The notes: a model not told the origin generated them from the sequence alone. Positions 39,536-49,757 are shown, counted from the first letter of the stretch. The stretch: DNA of 64,000 bases from Lachnospiraceae bacterium (GCA_017532145.1 JAFXJR010000068.1:20919-84918), one strand, 5' to 3'. Program-made: numbers and translations.

Positions 39536-40543
39536 CTTCTGATAGCAGTCTTCCACCATTTTCAGTTCCTCTAAAAAGAGACAATGGTTTAGATTACCGT
39601 TTTGAATCCCTTTCACACAGGAGTGATAATCCATCCAAAGCAAAGCGTCGATTTCCTCCTTTTGGAAGGAAAGGGCAGAGGTATCCTCCATCCATTCCAG
39701 CAGATAGACAGCTGTATATTCCAGGTCATGAAAGGGCTTGCCATGAAAAGAGGTATGAGAAGCTGCCTCGCGGAAGCCCACAAATACCAATTCTTCTGGA
39801 GCAACCGTAAGAGACAGCTCCTCCTCCAGTTCCCGAAGGGCAGATTCCAGATAGCCACACCCGGCAGGGATATGACCGGCAGAAGAGACATCCAGACAGC
39901 CAGGATATCCATCCTTATCCAGAGAACGCTTCTGCAGCAGTACTTCAAAGTTATTTTCTGTTCCTGGACGAACCAGCCAAACATGGGCACTGCGATGCCT
40001 ACTGCCATAACGATGAGCCAGGGAACGCTCCCTTACCCTGCCGGTAGGTCTTCCCTGAGTGTCTACAATATCCAGTAGTTCCAATGGTTTTCCATTGAGA
40101 ACAGCCTCTGTGAGTACATTATTTTTATACTGCAGCTTTAGAGAAAAGAAGGGTGCTTTTTCTTCCAAAAGCTGAAAAAAGATTAAATCGCCTTCCCACA
40201 GCTCCAATTGAGGAAGCTGGTCTTTTTTTATCCATTCCAAAGTACCCTCCGGGCAGTCTTTCAGTGTACCGGTGTAGCCATCTGCCGTATAAAGACACAT
40301 ATAATAGTCGGTAAGATTGTCGCAGAGAAAGGTAACAATCCCCCGAAACTGGTAGGAGGTAAGAGTAAGCCCGGTTTCTTCCAATGCCTCCCGCAGTAAA
40401 CATTCCTCAGGGCTTTCCCCGGATTCAAAATGACCGCCTATGCCGATCCATTTATCCTTATTAATATCCTTTTCCTTTTTAATGCGATGCAGCATCAGAT
40501 AGGAGTCTTCGTTTTCAATATAGCAGAGTGTAGTAAGCTTCAT
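39530..40543 (-). CDS. Tandem Nudix hydrolase (MutX-like plus IDI-like domains)
   Basis: Two Nudix boxes: GGHFESGESPEECLLREALEETG and AGHIPAG..YLESALRELEEEL. Confidence 0.85.
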   Translation of the reverse strand: MKLTTLCYIENEDSYLMLHRIKKEKDINKDKWIGIGGHFESGESPEECLLREALEETGLTLTSYQFRGIVTFLCDNLTDYYMCLYTADGYTGTLKDCPEGTLEWIKKDQLPQLELWEGDLIFFQLLEEKAPFFSLKLQYKNNVLTEAVLNGKPLELLDIVDTQGRPTGRVRERSLAHRYGSRHRSAHVWLVRPGTENNFEVLLQKRSLDKDGYPGCLDVSSAGHIPAGCGYLESALRELEEELSLTVAPEELVFVGFREAASHTSFHGKPFHDLEYTAVYLLEWMEDTSALSFQKEEIDALLWMDYHSCVKGIQNGNLNHCLFLEELKMVEDCYQKL

Positions 40544-41116
40544 TGGGATTTCCTTTCTTAATTCCAGGAAGTAAGTATTTAGAACCATCCTGGTTGAGTA
40601 ATGATTTTCCTTCGGTTATATTTATTCTGGATGGATTTTGCTTCCTTGTCAATGCTTTTATGGTTTTGTTCAGGCATTAATAGACCTAAATCTTCATAAT
40701 ATGATACTAGGGTTAAAAAGTCATCTATTTTCTTGCTTGCATGAAAGTAGATGACCTTGAGTCCCCAAATAATATTAGGAAAAAGGGCGAAAATTAATGG
40801 TAGTAGTACTTCTGATTTGTATAATGGCAGCACTAAAATATGGCTATATTTTCTTTGTTGTAGCGAAAAGGGTGACAGCAGCTTTGGAAGATGATTGACA
40901 GAATAGGAAATATCTTTAATACCAGATATCAAGTAAAGGCACAACAGGCAGGTGGAATTTTGCTTTTATCAAAGGAAATAAAAATTTTTCTGGAACATAG
41001 GGGAATCTTATGATAGAGTAGGTATAAAAGTAACCTTCCCGGAAATAATAAGAAGGCAGTACACAGTCAGCAGACTGTGGCTGTCGTCAGAAGGACTATT
41101 TTCAGGAGGTGCAGAT

Positions 41117-41302
41117 ATGGCTAATTTATCAGAGTTGGATTTACAGAATTTGCGTCATTTGATTGGTGGCTATGATACTACTCATTGTAAAATGAAGGAA
41201 TATGCTGAATGTGCAACAGATGCGGAAATTAAGCAGTTTTTTGAAAAAGGTGCTCGTTCCGCCATGGAGAATAAGCAGCAGTTAATGGGATTTTTGCAGT
41301 AA
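41117..41302 (+). CDS. Small ferritin-like/spore-coat-associated protein
   Basis: AGGAGG RBS; LSELDLQNLRHLI...YA..ATD.EIKQ; paired with the following Coat F-like gene. Confidence 0.6.
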   Translation: MANLSELDLQNLRHLIGGYDTTHCKMKEYAECATDAEIKQFFEKGARSAMENKQQLMGFLQ

Positions 41303-41316
41303 GGGGGTAGGAAAAT

Positions 41317-41571
41317 ATGCAGGAAAAGACGATGGTGGCAGATACTTTAACAGGAATCAATGGTGAGCTGGTACGTTATGGAGAGATGATTGCTCAAACA
41401 GAAAACAAGGAATTAAAGCAGACACTCAAGCAGATGAGAAATGCCTGTGAGCAGTCTCAGGAGGAGTTGTATCAGCTGGCAAGAGAAAAGTCCTATTATG
41501 TACCGGCAGCTAAGGCTACACAGGAAGAGATTAACCATGTGAAGTCTTTATTTATCAGTGGTACCTTATAA
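41317..41571 (+). CDS. Coat F-like spore coat protein
   Basis: MQEKTMVADTL...Y..MI.QTEN.ELKQTL...ELYQLA..K.YY.P. Confidence 0.7.
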   Translation: MQEKTMVADTLTGINGELVRYGEMIAQTENKELKQTLKQMRNACEQSQEELYQLAREKSYYVPAAKATQEEINHVKSLFISGTL

Positions 41572-41669
41572 GACATGACCATGACTATTCTATTCGTTAC
41601 AAAGGCAGACTGGCTGGCAGACTGAAGGGCTGGAAATAGTAACGATGGGATGAACAGGATAAATAGCCA

Positions 41670-41700
41670 GGGGCAGTCTGTAATATCAGACTGCCCTTTT
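41670..41700 (+). terminator. Intrinsic terminator
   Basis: GGGCAGTCTG-TAATAT-CAGACTGCCC followed by TTTT. Confidence 0.8.
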
Positions 41701-41735
41701 AGGATATAGGATATGGAAAGGAGCAGAAAAAACAG

Positions 41736-42338
41736 ATGAAACAACAAAAAAATAGGACAAAAGGACAGAGGGTAAAACGTTTACTCTTATTGACCACTCT
41801 TATGCTGGTCGTTCTAGCAGGGTGTGGAAAACGGGAAAATTCCCAGACTACAGAGGTAGCAGTGACGGATTCAGCACAGCTGTTGAATCTGGTGTGGGAG
41901 CAGTTTGCAGACACGGAAAGATTTTCTGCCATGGGTGGAGATTTCAGCAATCCGGTAGACAATGGAGCAGGAATATTCAATATAGAAGATACGGAAAACC
42001 TTACTTATATGCTCTATATCCCAGAGCAGAATGTAGGAATGATTGATGAAGCTGCCTCTCTGATTCATGCCATGAATACAAATACCTTTACCGCAGCAGC
42101 CTTTCATCTTAAGGATGATGCCGATACAGGGGCATTGGCAGAGGCATTAAAGGAAAATATTCTGAATACACAGTGGATTTGCGGCATCCCGGATGAACTG
42201 GCTATTTATATTATCAATGGAGAGTATGTAGTGTCAGCCTTTGGCAATGCTGAGATTATGGCAACATTTAAAACTAAGCTGTCTAACGTTTTTGGTGGAG
42301 GAGAAATACTGTTTACTGAGGAAAAGATTACTGAGTAG
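41736..42338 (+). CDS. Lipoprotein associated with the MBOAT/DHHW cluster
   Basis: Lipobox LAGC; upstream of MBOAT gene; exact start uncertain. Confidence 0.7.
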   Translation: MKQQKNRTKGQRVKRLLLLTTLMLVVLAGCGKRENSQTTEVAVTDSAQLLNLVWEQFADTERFSAMGGDFSNPVDNGAGIFNIEDTENLTYMLYIPEQNVGMIDEAASLIHAMNTNTFTAAAFHLKDDADTGALAEALKENILNTQWICGIPDELAIYIINGEYVVSAFGNAEIMATFKTKLSNVFGGGEILFTEEKITE

Positions 42339-42347
42339 AGGTGCTGT

Positions 42348-43787
42348 ATGCTATTTTCAAGTATCACGTTTCTATACTATTTTTTGCCTGTAGTTATGGT
42401 GGTTTATTTTATCATTCCCAGCCGGTTTCTGGCTGTTCGGAATGGCTGGCTTCTGGTAGCCAGCCTTTTCTTCTATGCATGGGGTGAACCAGTATATGTA
42501 CTGCTTATGGCTGTTTTGGTGGTGACAGGATATTTTTCCGGCAGAGCGATGGAAAAGGTACGAAGCTTAAACATAAACGAATATTCCGGAAAGCAGAAGT
42601 CATGGGATAAGGTGTTTTTTTTTGTTGCGGTGTTGGTACAGCTGGGATTTTTGCTTTATTTTAAATATACCGATTTTCTAGGGAAAAGTTTTTCGGCAAT
42701 CATAGGAGTATCTTTTTCACTGTCAGTTCCCGCTTTGCCTATCGGAATCAGCTTCTATACCTTTCAGATGCTAAGTTATCTGACGGATGTGTACCGGAAG
42801 GCGGTACCTGCTCAAAGGAGTTTTCTCCGTCTGGCTCTCTATATTTCCATGTTTCCTCAGCTGATTGCGGGACCTATCGTTCGCTATACCGGAGTGGTCA
42901 AACAACTGGAAAATAGAACCCATAATGGGGAAAACTGGGCATTAGGAGCACGGCGGTTTGTACTGGGACTTTCAAAAAAAGTCTTATTGGCTAACGTATT
43001 GGGAGAGCTTTGTGCCACCTTTAAAGATTCAGGAGATAAGTCGGTATTGTTTATCTGGATTTATGCAGTGGCTCTCAGTCTGCAGATTTATTTCGATTTT
43101 TCCGGCTATAGTGATATGGCTATCGGTTTGGGAAGAATCTTTGGTTTTCATTTTGAGGAAAATTTTCTGTATCCTTACACCTCAAGAAGCATTACTGAGT
43201 TTTGGAGGCGGTGGCACAGAACGCTGGGATTTTGGTTTCGGGATTATGTCTATATCCCCCTGGGAGGAAGCCGGGTACCAAAAATAAGGTGGTTTTTTAA
43301 CTTGTTTGTGGTATGGGTGCTCACCGGACTATGGCATGGTGCAGCTTGGAATTTTGTACTTTGGGGGCTTTTCTTTGGGCTGCTTTTGATGGTAGAGAAG
43401 CATTGTTTCCTGAAATATTTGGAAAAAAGCAGAATTCTGGCACATGGCTATGTACTGGTGGCTGTGCTGGTCAGCTTTGTTATTTTTGATGCTTCCAGAC
43501 TGGCAGAGACGGCCGGTTATCTGGCAGGAATGTGGGGAGGGGGAGATTGGCCTCTGCTGTCCGGGGAGGCAGTCTATTATCTGAAAAGCTATGGCATAGT
43601 TCTGGTTATAGGAATGGTAGGAGCGACTCCACTTTGCAGCAGGCTGGTAAGACGAGCCGAAAGTACGATAACAGGAAAAAAGATTATCCATCTGTTAGAG
43701 CCGATAATTTTGGTACTTCTGTTGCTGATTACTACAGCCTATCTGGTGGATGGTTCTTTTAATCCTTTTTTATATTTTCGATTTTAA
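42348..43787 (+). CDS. MBOAT O-acyltransferase (AlgI/PatA-like)
   Basis: MLFSSITF, LPIGISFYTFQ, FPQLIAGPI, YFDFSGYSDMAIG, FWRRWH, GLWHGA. Confidence 0.93.
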   Translation: MLFSSITFLYYFLPVVMVVYFIIPSRFLAVRNGWLLVASLFFYAWGEPVYVLLMAVLVVTGYFSGRAMEKVRSLNINEYSGKQKSWDKVFFFVAVLVQLGFLLYFKYTDFLGKSFSAIIGVSFSLSVPALPIGISFYTFQMLSYLTDVYRKAVPAQRSFLRLALYISMFPQLIAGPIVRYTGVVKQLENRTHNGENWALGARRFVLGLSKKVLLANVLGELCATFKDSGDKSVLFIWIYAVALSLQIYFDFSGYSDMAIGLGRIFGFHFEENFLYPYTSRSITEFWRRWHRTLGFWFRDYVYIPLGGSRVPKIRWFFNLFVVWVLTGLWHGAAWNFVLWGLFFGLLLMVEKHCFLKYLEKSRILAHGYVLVAVLVSFVIFDASRLAETAGYLAGMWGGGDWPLLSGEAVYYLKSYGIVLVIGMVGATPLCSRLVRRAESTITGKKIIHLLEPIILVLLLLITTAYLVDGSFNPFLYFRF

Positions 43788-43911
43788 CCCAATCACTGCA
43801 AAGTGGTTTCCCTTCTTTGTGGTGAATATCCGCTTTGCCCTGAATAGAGGGAGCTTCTTACTTCCCCTATAAAAATCAGGAAGTGTAGAGAGAAAATAAG
43901 GAGAGTGGCTG

Positions 43912-45012
43912 ATGATGGCAGAAAAGAAAAACAAAGCAGTAATCTGGGGAATCCTTCTCTATTTTCTGGGATTTTCCCTATGGGCATGGACTGGCAGAGC
44001 AAAAGAAGAATCAGTAACAGAAAGGCGTAAGCTACAGCAGCTTCCTGAATGGAGTATAGAGACAGTAGTTTCCGGAGAGTTTATGCAGGATTTTGAAGCT
44101 TATGCCTTGGATCAATTTCCAGCCAGAGATAGGCTTCGACAGATAAAGGGGTATGTTTCCCATTATTTATATGGACAAAAGGATGACCATGGTATTTATA
44201 TAGCAGATGGTTATGCGGTAAAAATGGAATATCCACTGAATCAGGAAGGAGTAATAAGAGCCACTGAAAGATTTCAGTATGTTTATGATACCTACATGGC
44301 AGAAACGGATGTCAAGTTGTATTTTTGTCTGATTCCGGATAAAAATTATTTTCTGGCTGAGCAAACCGGACATCTGTCTATGGATTATCCTGCCCTTTTT
44401 ACTTTGCTGGAGGAAAAAATCTCCAAGATGAAGCATATTGATATTGCAGACCTGTTGGAGATAGAAGACTACTATAGAACGGATATTCACTGGAAACAGG
44501 AAAGGCTTTTGGATGTGGCAGAGAAAATTACAACAGCTATGGGGAGGTTTAAGCAGGCTGATTATGAAATAAAGATGCTGTCTCAGCCCTTTTATGGAGT
44601 ATATACCGGACAGACCTCCCTTCCTTTGGAGGCGGATGAACTGAAATATGTAACCAGCTCAACCTTAGAGCAGAGTACGGTCTACGATTTTGAAAATCAA
44701 AGGAGCATGGCTATCTATGATAAGGAGAAGGCGAAGGGAAGAGATCCTTATGAAATGTTTCTGTCTGGCTCATTATCTTTGATTCAGATAAAGAACCCTT
44801 TGGCTTCTGCAAAAGGAGAGCTGGTGATTTTCCGGGATTCTTTTGGAAGTAGTCTGGCTCCTCTTTTAGTAGAGGGATATAGTATGGTAACGCTGGTAGA
44901 CCTTCGCTATATTCATCCGGATTTATTAGGCAGATATCTTACCTTTGACAAGCAGGATGTGCTGTTTTTATATAGTACATCGGTGTTGAATCAAGGAGAG
45001 ACAATAAAATAG
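43912..45012 (+). CDS. DHHW-family (AlgJ-like) O-acetylation partner
   Basis: N-terminal TM; YYRTDIHW; FRDSFG. Confidence 0.85.
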   Translation: MMAEKKNKAVIWGILLYFLGFSLWAWTGRAKEESVTERRKLQQLPEWSIETVVSGEFMQDFEAYALDQFPARDRLRQIKGYVSHYLYGQKDDHGIYIADGYAVKMEYPLNQEGVIRATERFQYVYDTYMAETDVKLYFCLIPDKNYFLAEQTGHLSMDYPALFTLLEEKISKMKHIDIADLLEIEDYYRTDIHWKQERLLDVAEKITTAMGRFKQADYEIKMLSQPFYGVYTGQTSLPLEADELKYVTSSTLEQSTVYDFENQRSMAIYDKEKAKGRDPYEMFLSGSLSLIQIKNPLASAKGELVIFRDSFGSSLAPLLVEGYSMVTLVDLRYIHPDLLGRYLTFDKQDVLFLYSTSVLNQGETIK

Positions 45013-45041
45013 ACTATGGGTAATTTTTTGTCGGAAACAAG

Positions 45042-45097
45042 TTGACAAAATAAAACTTATGTATTAGAATTAAAACTATAGTTAGAATGTTCTAACA
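45042..45097 (+). promoter_or_regulatory. feoA promoter with palindromic metalloregulator-type operator
   Basis: TTGACA-17bp-TAGAAT followed by AACTATAGTTAG-AATGTT-CTAACA. Confidence 0.75.
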
Positions 45098-45166
45098 AAT
45101 TAATCTGTATGGTATATATATAATAGATAACAGAAGCGAAAAATGCAGAAGAAACTGAGGGATTTT

Positions 45167-45379
45167 ATGAATTTAATGGATGCCAATATTGGAGAAGAAT
45201 ATATTATCAAGGATATTGTGACAGAAGATGAAGAATTAAATGCTTTTCTTTTTTCATTGGGATGTTATAGTGGAGAGCCGATTACGGTTATCTCTCATAT
45301 TAAGGGTGGATGTGTTGTCTCAATTAAGGATGCCAGATATAATATTGATAATGAATTAGCACAAGCTATTTCAATATAA
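45167..45379 (+). CDS. feoA: Ferrous iron transport protein A
   Basis: FLFSLGCYSGEPITVI..VVSIKDARYNID; upstream of feoB. Confidence 0.85.
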   Translation: MNLMDANIGEEYIIKDIVTEDEELNAFLFSLGCYSGEPITVISHIKGGCVVSIKDARYNIDNELAQAISI

Positions 45380-45490
45380 TCATTATAGCTATTTGATATT
45401 ATAGCTGTTTGATGAAGTAAAAGCCCGAAAGTCTGTAGCAGAATGTGGCAGAAGTTCGGAAAAAGAGTGTGAAAGCACTCTTTTATTTTG

Positions 45491-45514
45491 AACTATAGTT
45501 AGCTTTTACTAACA
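45491..45514. promoter_or_regulatory. Second copy of the operator, upstream of feoB
   Basis: AACTATAGTTAG-CTTTTA-CTAACA. Confidence 0.7.
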
Positions 45515-45593
45515 TTCGTCAGATTGGTGAATGGAATTTGACTGCCGGAAGTGTCCGGCCAGACAGAGAGGAAGAAAGGTAGGAGGATGCAGC

Positions 45594-47588
45594 ATGAGAA
45601 TTGCATTGACAGGAAATCCCAATAGCGGAAAGACCACGATGTACAATGCCCTGACAGGAAGAAATGAGCGTGTGGGAAACTGGGCAGGCGTTACCGTGGA
45701 AAAGAAGGAAAGTTCCATTAAGAAAATGTATAATGAAGGAGCAGAAGAACTGGTAGCCGTGGATTTGCCGGGAGCCTATTCTATGTCTCCGTTTACTTCT
45801 GAAGAAAGTATTACCAGTGCTTATGTAAAGCATGAAAATCCGGATGTGATTATCAATATCGTAGATGCTACAAATTTAAGCCGAAGTCTGTTTTTTACCA
45901 CTCAGCTGCTGGAGCTGGGGATTCCCGTAGTAGTGGCTTTGAATAAGAGTGATATTAATGAAAAAAAGGATACAAAAATTGATATTGAGCTTTTATCAAA
46001 AAAGCTGGGTTGTCCGGTGATTAAGACTGTTTCCACTTCTTCCGGCAGCAATGGACTGCAGGAGGTGGTGTCTCAGGTTATTTCCTTAAAGGGCAAGGGA
46101 CAGAAGGCTCCCTATGTACAGGGAGAGATTGACCTGCAGGATAAGGCTCAGGTAGAGGAGGCGGACAGAAAACGTTTTGCCTTTGTCAATCAGATTGTGA
46201 AGGAAGTAGAAAAGCGTAAGGTACTGACCAGAGAAACAAATAAGCAGGATAAGGTGGATGCGATTCTGACAAACAAATGGATTGGTATTCCTGTATTTGC
46301 TTTAGTGATGTGGGCGGTATTCGATATTTCCCAGTCTACAGTAGGACCATTCTTGGCAGACATTCTGGTAGGCTGGATTGAAACCTTCCAGGGATGGGTG
46401 GCCGGCTTGGTAGAGAATGCTTCTCCTTTCCTGCAGTCGTTGTTGGTAGACGGTATTATAGGTGGTGTAGGAGCAGTAGTCGGTTTCCTGCCTTTGGTAA
46501 TGGTTATGTATTTCCTGATTGCTCTGTTAGAGGATTGCGGTTATATGGCTCGTGTCAGTGTGGTTATGGACCCGATTTTTAAAAGAGTAGGTCTTTCTGG
46601 AAAATCTATCATTCCTATGGTAATTGGTACAGGATGTGCTATTCCGGGTATTATGGCCTGCCGTACCATTCGTAATGAAAGAGAACGTCGGGCAACAGCT
46701 ATGTTGACTCCCTTTATGCCTTGTGGAGCGAAGCTGCCGGTTATTGCCCTTTTTGCAGGGGTATTTTTTGCGGATGCTTCCTGGGTGGGTACACTGATGT
46801 ATTTTGTAGGTATTTTACTGATTTTCCTGGGAGCTTTATTGGTACTGAAAATTACCGGACATAAATTCAGAAAATCCTTCTTTATTATTGAACTGCCGGA
46901 ATATAAGCTTCCCAGCTTGAAGAGAGCAGTAGGTTCTATGCTTTCTCGTGCAAAGTCTTATATTATTAAAGCGGGAACTATTATTCTAGTATGTAACGCA
47001 GTAGTGCAGATTATGCAGACTTTTAACTGGCAGCTGCAGGTTGTGGAGGAAGGGATGGAGCATACTTCTATCCTGGCTACCATTGCTTCTCCTTTCGCTC
47101 TCCTCCTGTTACCTTTGGGCTTTGGTGTGTGGCAGCTGGCAGCTGCAGCCATTACCGGCTTTATTGCAAAGGAAAATGTGGTGGGTACTCTGGCGGTAGT
47201 GTATGGATTAACCAGCTTTATTGATGTAGAGGAGTTGGCATTAATAAGTGGAGCCGGAGATGTGGCTACAGCCTTTGGACTGACTCAGGTAGCTGCTCTT
47301 GCTTATTTGATGTTTAACCTGTTTACTCCTCCCTGCTTTGCAGCAATTGGTGCAATGAATTCAGAGATGCAGGATAAAAAATGGCTCTGGGGTGGTATTG
47401 CATTGCAGTTGGGAACGGGTTATATCGTAGCCTTTTTGGTATACCAGATTGGTACGCTGGTTACTACAGGCAGTCCGGGGGTTGCCTTTATTCCAGGTCT
47501 GATTGCCGTAATTGCTATGGTAGCTATCGTCATTGCCTTATGTCGCCATACAGACAAAAAGTTCTGTGCAGAATATAAGCTCACTTAA
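45594..47588 (+). CDS. feoB: Ferrous iron transport protein B
   Basis: GNPNSGKTT, VGNWAGVTVE, DLPG, NKSD; AGGAGG RBS before MRIAL. Confidence 0.95.
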   Translation: MRIALTGNPNSGKTTMYNALTGRNERVGNWAGVTVEKKESSIKKMYNEGAEELVAVDLPGAYSMSPFTSEESITSAYVKHENPDVIINIVDATNLSRSLFFTTQLLELGIPVVVALNKSDINEKKDTKIDIELLSKKLGCPVIKTVSTSSGSNGLQEVVSQVISLKGKGQKAPYVQGEIDLQDKAQVEEADRKRFAFVNQIVKEVEKRKVLTRETNKQDKVDAILTNKWIGIPVFALVMWAVFDISQSTVGPFLADILVGWIETFQGWVAGLVENASPFLQSLLVDGIIGGVGAVVGFLPLVMVMYFLIALLEDCGYMARVSVVMDPIFKRVGLSGKSIIPMVIGTGCAIPGIMACRTIRNERERRATAMLTPFMPCGAKLPVIALFAGVFFADASWVGTLMYFVGILLIFLGALLVLKITGHKFRKSFFIIELPEYKLPSLKRAVGSMLSRAKSYIIKAGTIILVCNAVVQIMQTFNWQLQVVEEGMEHTSILATIASPFALLLLPLGFGVWQLAAAAITGFIAKENVVGTLAVVYGLTSFIDVEELALISGAGDVATAFGLTQVAALAYLMFNLFTPPCFAAIGAMNSEMQDKKWLWGGIALQLGTGYIVAFLVYQIGTLVTTGSPGVAFIPGLIAVIAMVAIVIALCRHTDKKFCAEYKLT

Positions 47589-47606
47589 AGGAAAAGGAGT
47601 ACTGGC

Positions 47607-47792
47607 ATGACAGATTTGATTATTATAGGGATTGTACTGATTCTGATGGGCAGTGCCTTAGTTTATATCGTCAGGTCAAAAAAAAGTGGGGTAAAATGTA
47701 TTGGTTGTTCTTCAGGATGTGGCTGTTCTGCCAGTGAGAAGAAGCAGCAGAAAGAAAATATCTGCTGTCATTGCAGTCCGGAGAAAGACTAG
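47607..47792 (+). CDS. FeoB-associated Cys-rich membrane protein
   Basis: N-terminal TM, then KKSGVKCIGC..GCGC..CCHC. Confidence 0.85.
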   Translation: MTDLIIIGIVLILMGSALVYIVRSKKSGVKCIGCSSGCGCSASEKKQQKENICCHCSPEKD

Positions 47793-47799
47793 CAAAAAA

Positions 47800-47854
47800 G
47801 TAACCATTCAACAGGTTTGTACACTTGCTCATCATAAATGTACTGAACAGTTAC
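47800..47854 (+). repeat. Dispersed inverted-repeat element, copy 4 (short form)
   Basis: GTAACCATTCAACAGGTTTGTACACTTGCT...GTACTGAACAGTTAC. Confidence 0.8.
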
Positions 47855-47858
47855 ATAA

Positions 47859-47898
47859 AAAATACAGCCGGCCAGAATCAATCTGCCGGCTGTATTTT
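47859..47898. terminator. Bidirectional terminator overlapping the rqcH stop
   Basis: AAAATACAGCCGGC/GCCGGCTGTATTTT. Confidence 0.75.
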
Positions 47899-49626
47899 GC
47901 TAATATCAGAATCAATAACCATTGAATAATTGGTATAGTATACCACGAAGCCCGGTTTGCCTCCACCAGGCTTTTTGACATTCTTTTTTTCGGTATAGTC
48001 TATCTCCACCCTATCCTGTCCTCTGGCCTTGGAATAATAGGCTGCTAACCGAGCGGCTTCTTCAAAAGTAGCATCGGGCATTTCCTGTCCCTCTGTCTTG
48101 ACAATAACATGAGAGCCGGGAATTCCTTTGGCATGAAACCACCAGTCATTACCGGAAGCAAATCGAAAGGTGAGTTCTTCATTCTGATAGTTATTTTTTC
48201 CTACATAGATATGGTATCCGTCACTGCTGATATAATGAAAGGGGCGGCTGGTAATTTTTATCTTTCGTGAGTCGCCTTTTCTGCGGATATATCCACTTTC
48301 TGTCAGTTCCTCCTTAATCTGTACCAAATCTTCTTCAGCCAGTGCAATATCTAAAGCAGCACTAATAGATTCCAGATGCTCTATTTCTGTTTTTACTTCC
48401 TGTGTCAGTTCTGATAAAGCCTCATAGGTACGCTTTAGTTTATTATACTTGGCAAAATATTTCTTCGCGTTTTCCGAAGGAGTAAGCGTAGGGTCTAAAG
48501 GAATAGTAATTTCCTCATCAGTATAGTAGTTCAGCGCCTTCATGGATTTTGCTCCCGGTTCCACATGATAGCCGTAGGTGTTTAGCAGTTCTCCATAGAT
48601 ACGATATTTATCCCTTTTTTCCGTGTCCCTTATCTGTATCAGCTGCAGGTCGTATTTTTTTACGGTTCTCTCCAGGGAGGTCTGCACGATTTTCCGAAGG
48701 TCTACAGACTTTTGGCGTATTCTGGTTATTTGATTCTTTTCGGCATAATAGGCTTCTAAAAGGGTACTGATACTGTCATAAACTTTGGTCTCCTGCTGAG
48801 CATACAGTGTGAGTGGGATAGCTGCAAATTCCAAAGGAGTTTCCCCCTGGTAAACAATATTGGGCTGGAAATTACCGCAGCGAATATCCTGGATAAGACT
48901 AAAGAAGACAGAAAAAAGACGTTGTATTTCTTGTTCGTTTAAAGCAGCCACCGGAATATCTCCGTCAATATTGGCACGGCAGCAGACCTCCTGAGCAGCC
49001 AGAGGGGAAAGTCCCGTATAGCTGCTGTATAGGGCTTTAAAGACAGCCATGCTTTTGGTACGGAGCAATAAAGAGAATTGTTCCTGTGCAGAAGCTCCAT
49101 CCAAAGAAAGGGGATTCTGCTTGTCTTGGGTCTGAGGAATAAAATAGGAACGTCCCGGAAGTACCTCCCGCAGACTGCTGACCATACCGGAAACATGCTT
49201 GATACTGTCAATGATAAGTCCTTCCTGGTTAGTAAAAATAATATTACTGTGTTTTCCCATAATTTCTATGATAAGCTTTTTTGTACGCAGGTCTCCCAGT
49301 TCATCTAAGTGTTCCATATGAATTTCTACGATACGCTCCAGTCCAGGCTGAATAATACGGGTAATCCGACTGTTTTGCAGATGCTTTCTCAGCAGCATAC
49401 AGAAGCTGGGAGCCGTCATAGGGCTGGGTTTAGTATAATTGGTCAAATAGATAAGAGGGAGGGAAGCATCCGCTGAAATCAAAAGCTTTTTCGTGCTGCT
49501 GTTGGTCTTAATCGTAAGCAGCAGTTCATCGCTTTCAGGCTGTGCAATCTTATAAATTCTGCCTCCTGATAAGGTTTCATTTAATTCCTTCACAATACTG
49601 GCTACTGTAATACCATCAAATGCCAT
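47878..49626 (-). CDS. rqcH: Ribosome quality-control factor RqcH (FbpA/NFACT)
   Basis: MAFDG, FCMLLRKHL, EIMGKHSNII, VGKNNYQNE, WFHAK..PGSHV. Confidence 0.92.
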   Translation of the reverse strand: MAFDGITVASIVKELNETLSGGRIYKIAQPESDELLLTIKTNSSTKKLLISADASLPLIYLTNYTKPSPMTAPSFCMLLRKHLQNSRITRIIQPGLERIVEIHMEHLDELGDLRTKKLIIEIMGKHSNIIFTNQEGLIIDSIKHVSGMVSSLREVLPGRSYFIPQTQDKQNPLSLDGASAQEQFSLLLRTKSMAVFKALYSSYTGLSPLAAQEVCCRANIDGDIPVAALNEQEIQRLFSVFFSLIQDIRCGNFQPNIVYQGETPLEFAAIPLTLYAQQETKVYDSISTLLEAYYAEKNQITRIRQKSVDLRKIVQTSLERTVKKYDLQLIQIRDTEKRDKYRIYGELLNTYGYHVEPGAKSMKALNYYTDEEITIPLDPTLTPSENAKKYFAKYNKLKRTYEALSELTQEVKTEIEHLESISAALDIALAEEDLVQIKEELTESGYIRRKGDSRKIKITSRPFHYISSDGYHIYVGKNNYQNEELTFRFASGNDWWFHAKGIPGSHVIVKTEGQEMPDATFEEAARLAAYYSKARGQDRVEIDYTEKKNVKKPGGGKPGFVVYYTNYSMVIDSDISKIQPAD

Positions 49627-49757
49627 AGCTGATTTCCTCACTGGATAAGATTTATGTGGGCTGTTAAAAGACAGTTTATCACATAGTTATAGAAATTTTA
49701 TAATATTTCTTACAATTTTTCAATGGAGGAAGTCTTACTTTTTCCGTGAGGAGATTC

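Noticed and set aside
40579-40944. 121-aa minus-strand ORF in a divergent intergenic gap
   Set aside because: No recognisable domain or convincing RBS; probably promoter DNA
41736-45012. Lipoprotein-MBOAT-DHHW cluster as a novel system
   Set aside because: It matches known AlgI/AlgJ-like O-acetylation modules common in Clostridia
45405-45460. TGATGA..CGAAA resembling a hammerhead ribozyme core
   Set aside because: The core C is missing and stem II does not pair
45531-45593. Cys-containing N-terminal extension of FeoB
   Set aside because: A strong AGGAGG precedes the ATG at 45594 and the upstream ATG has no clear RBS
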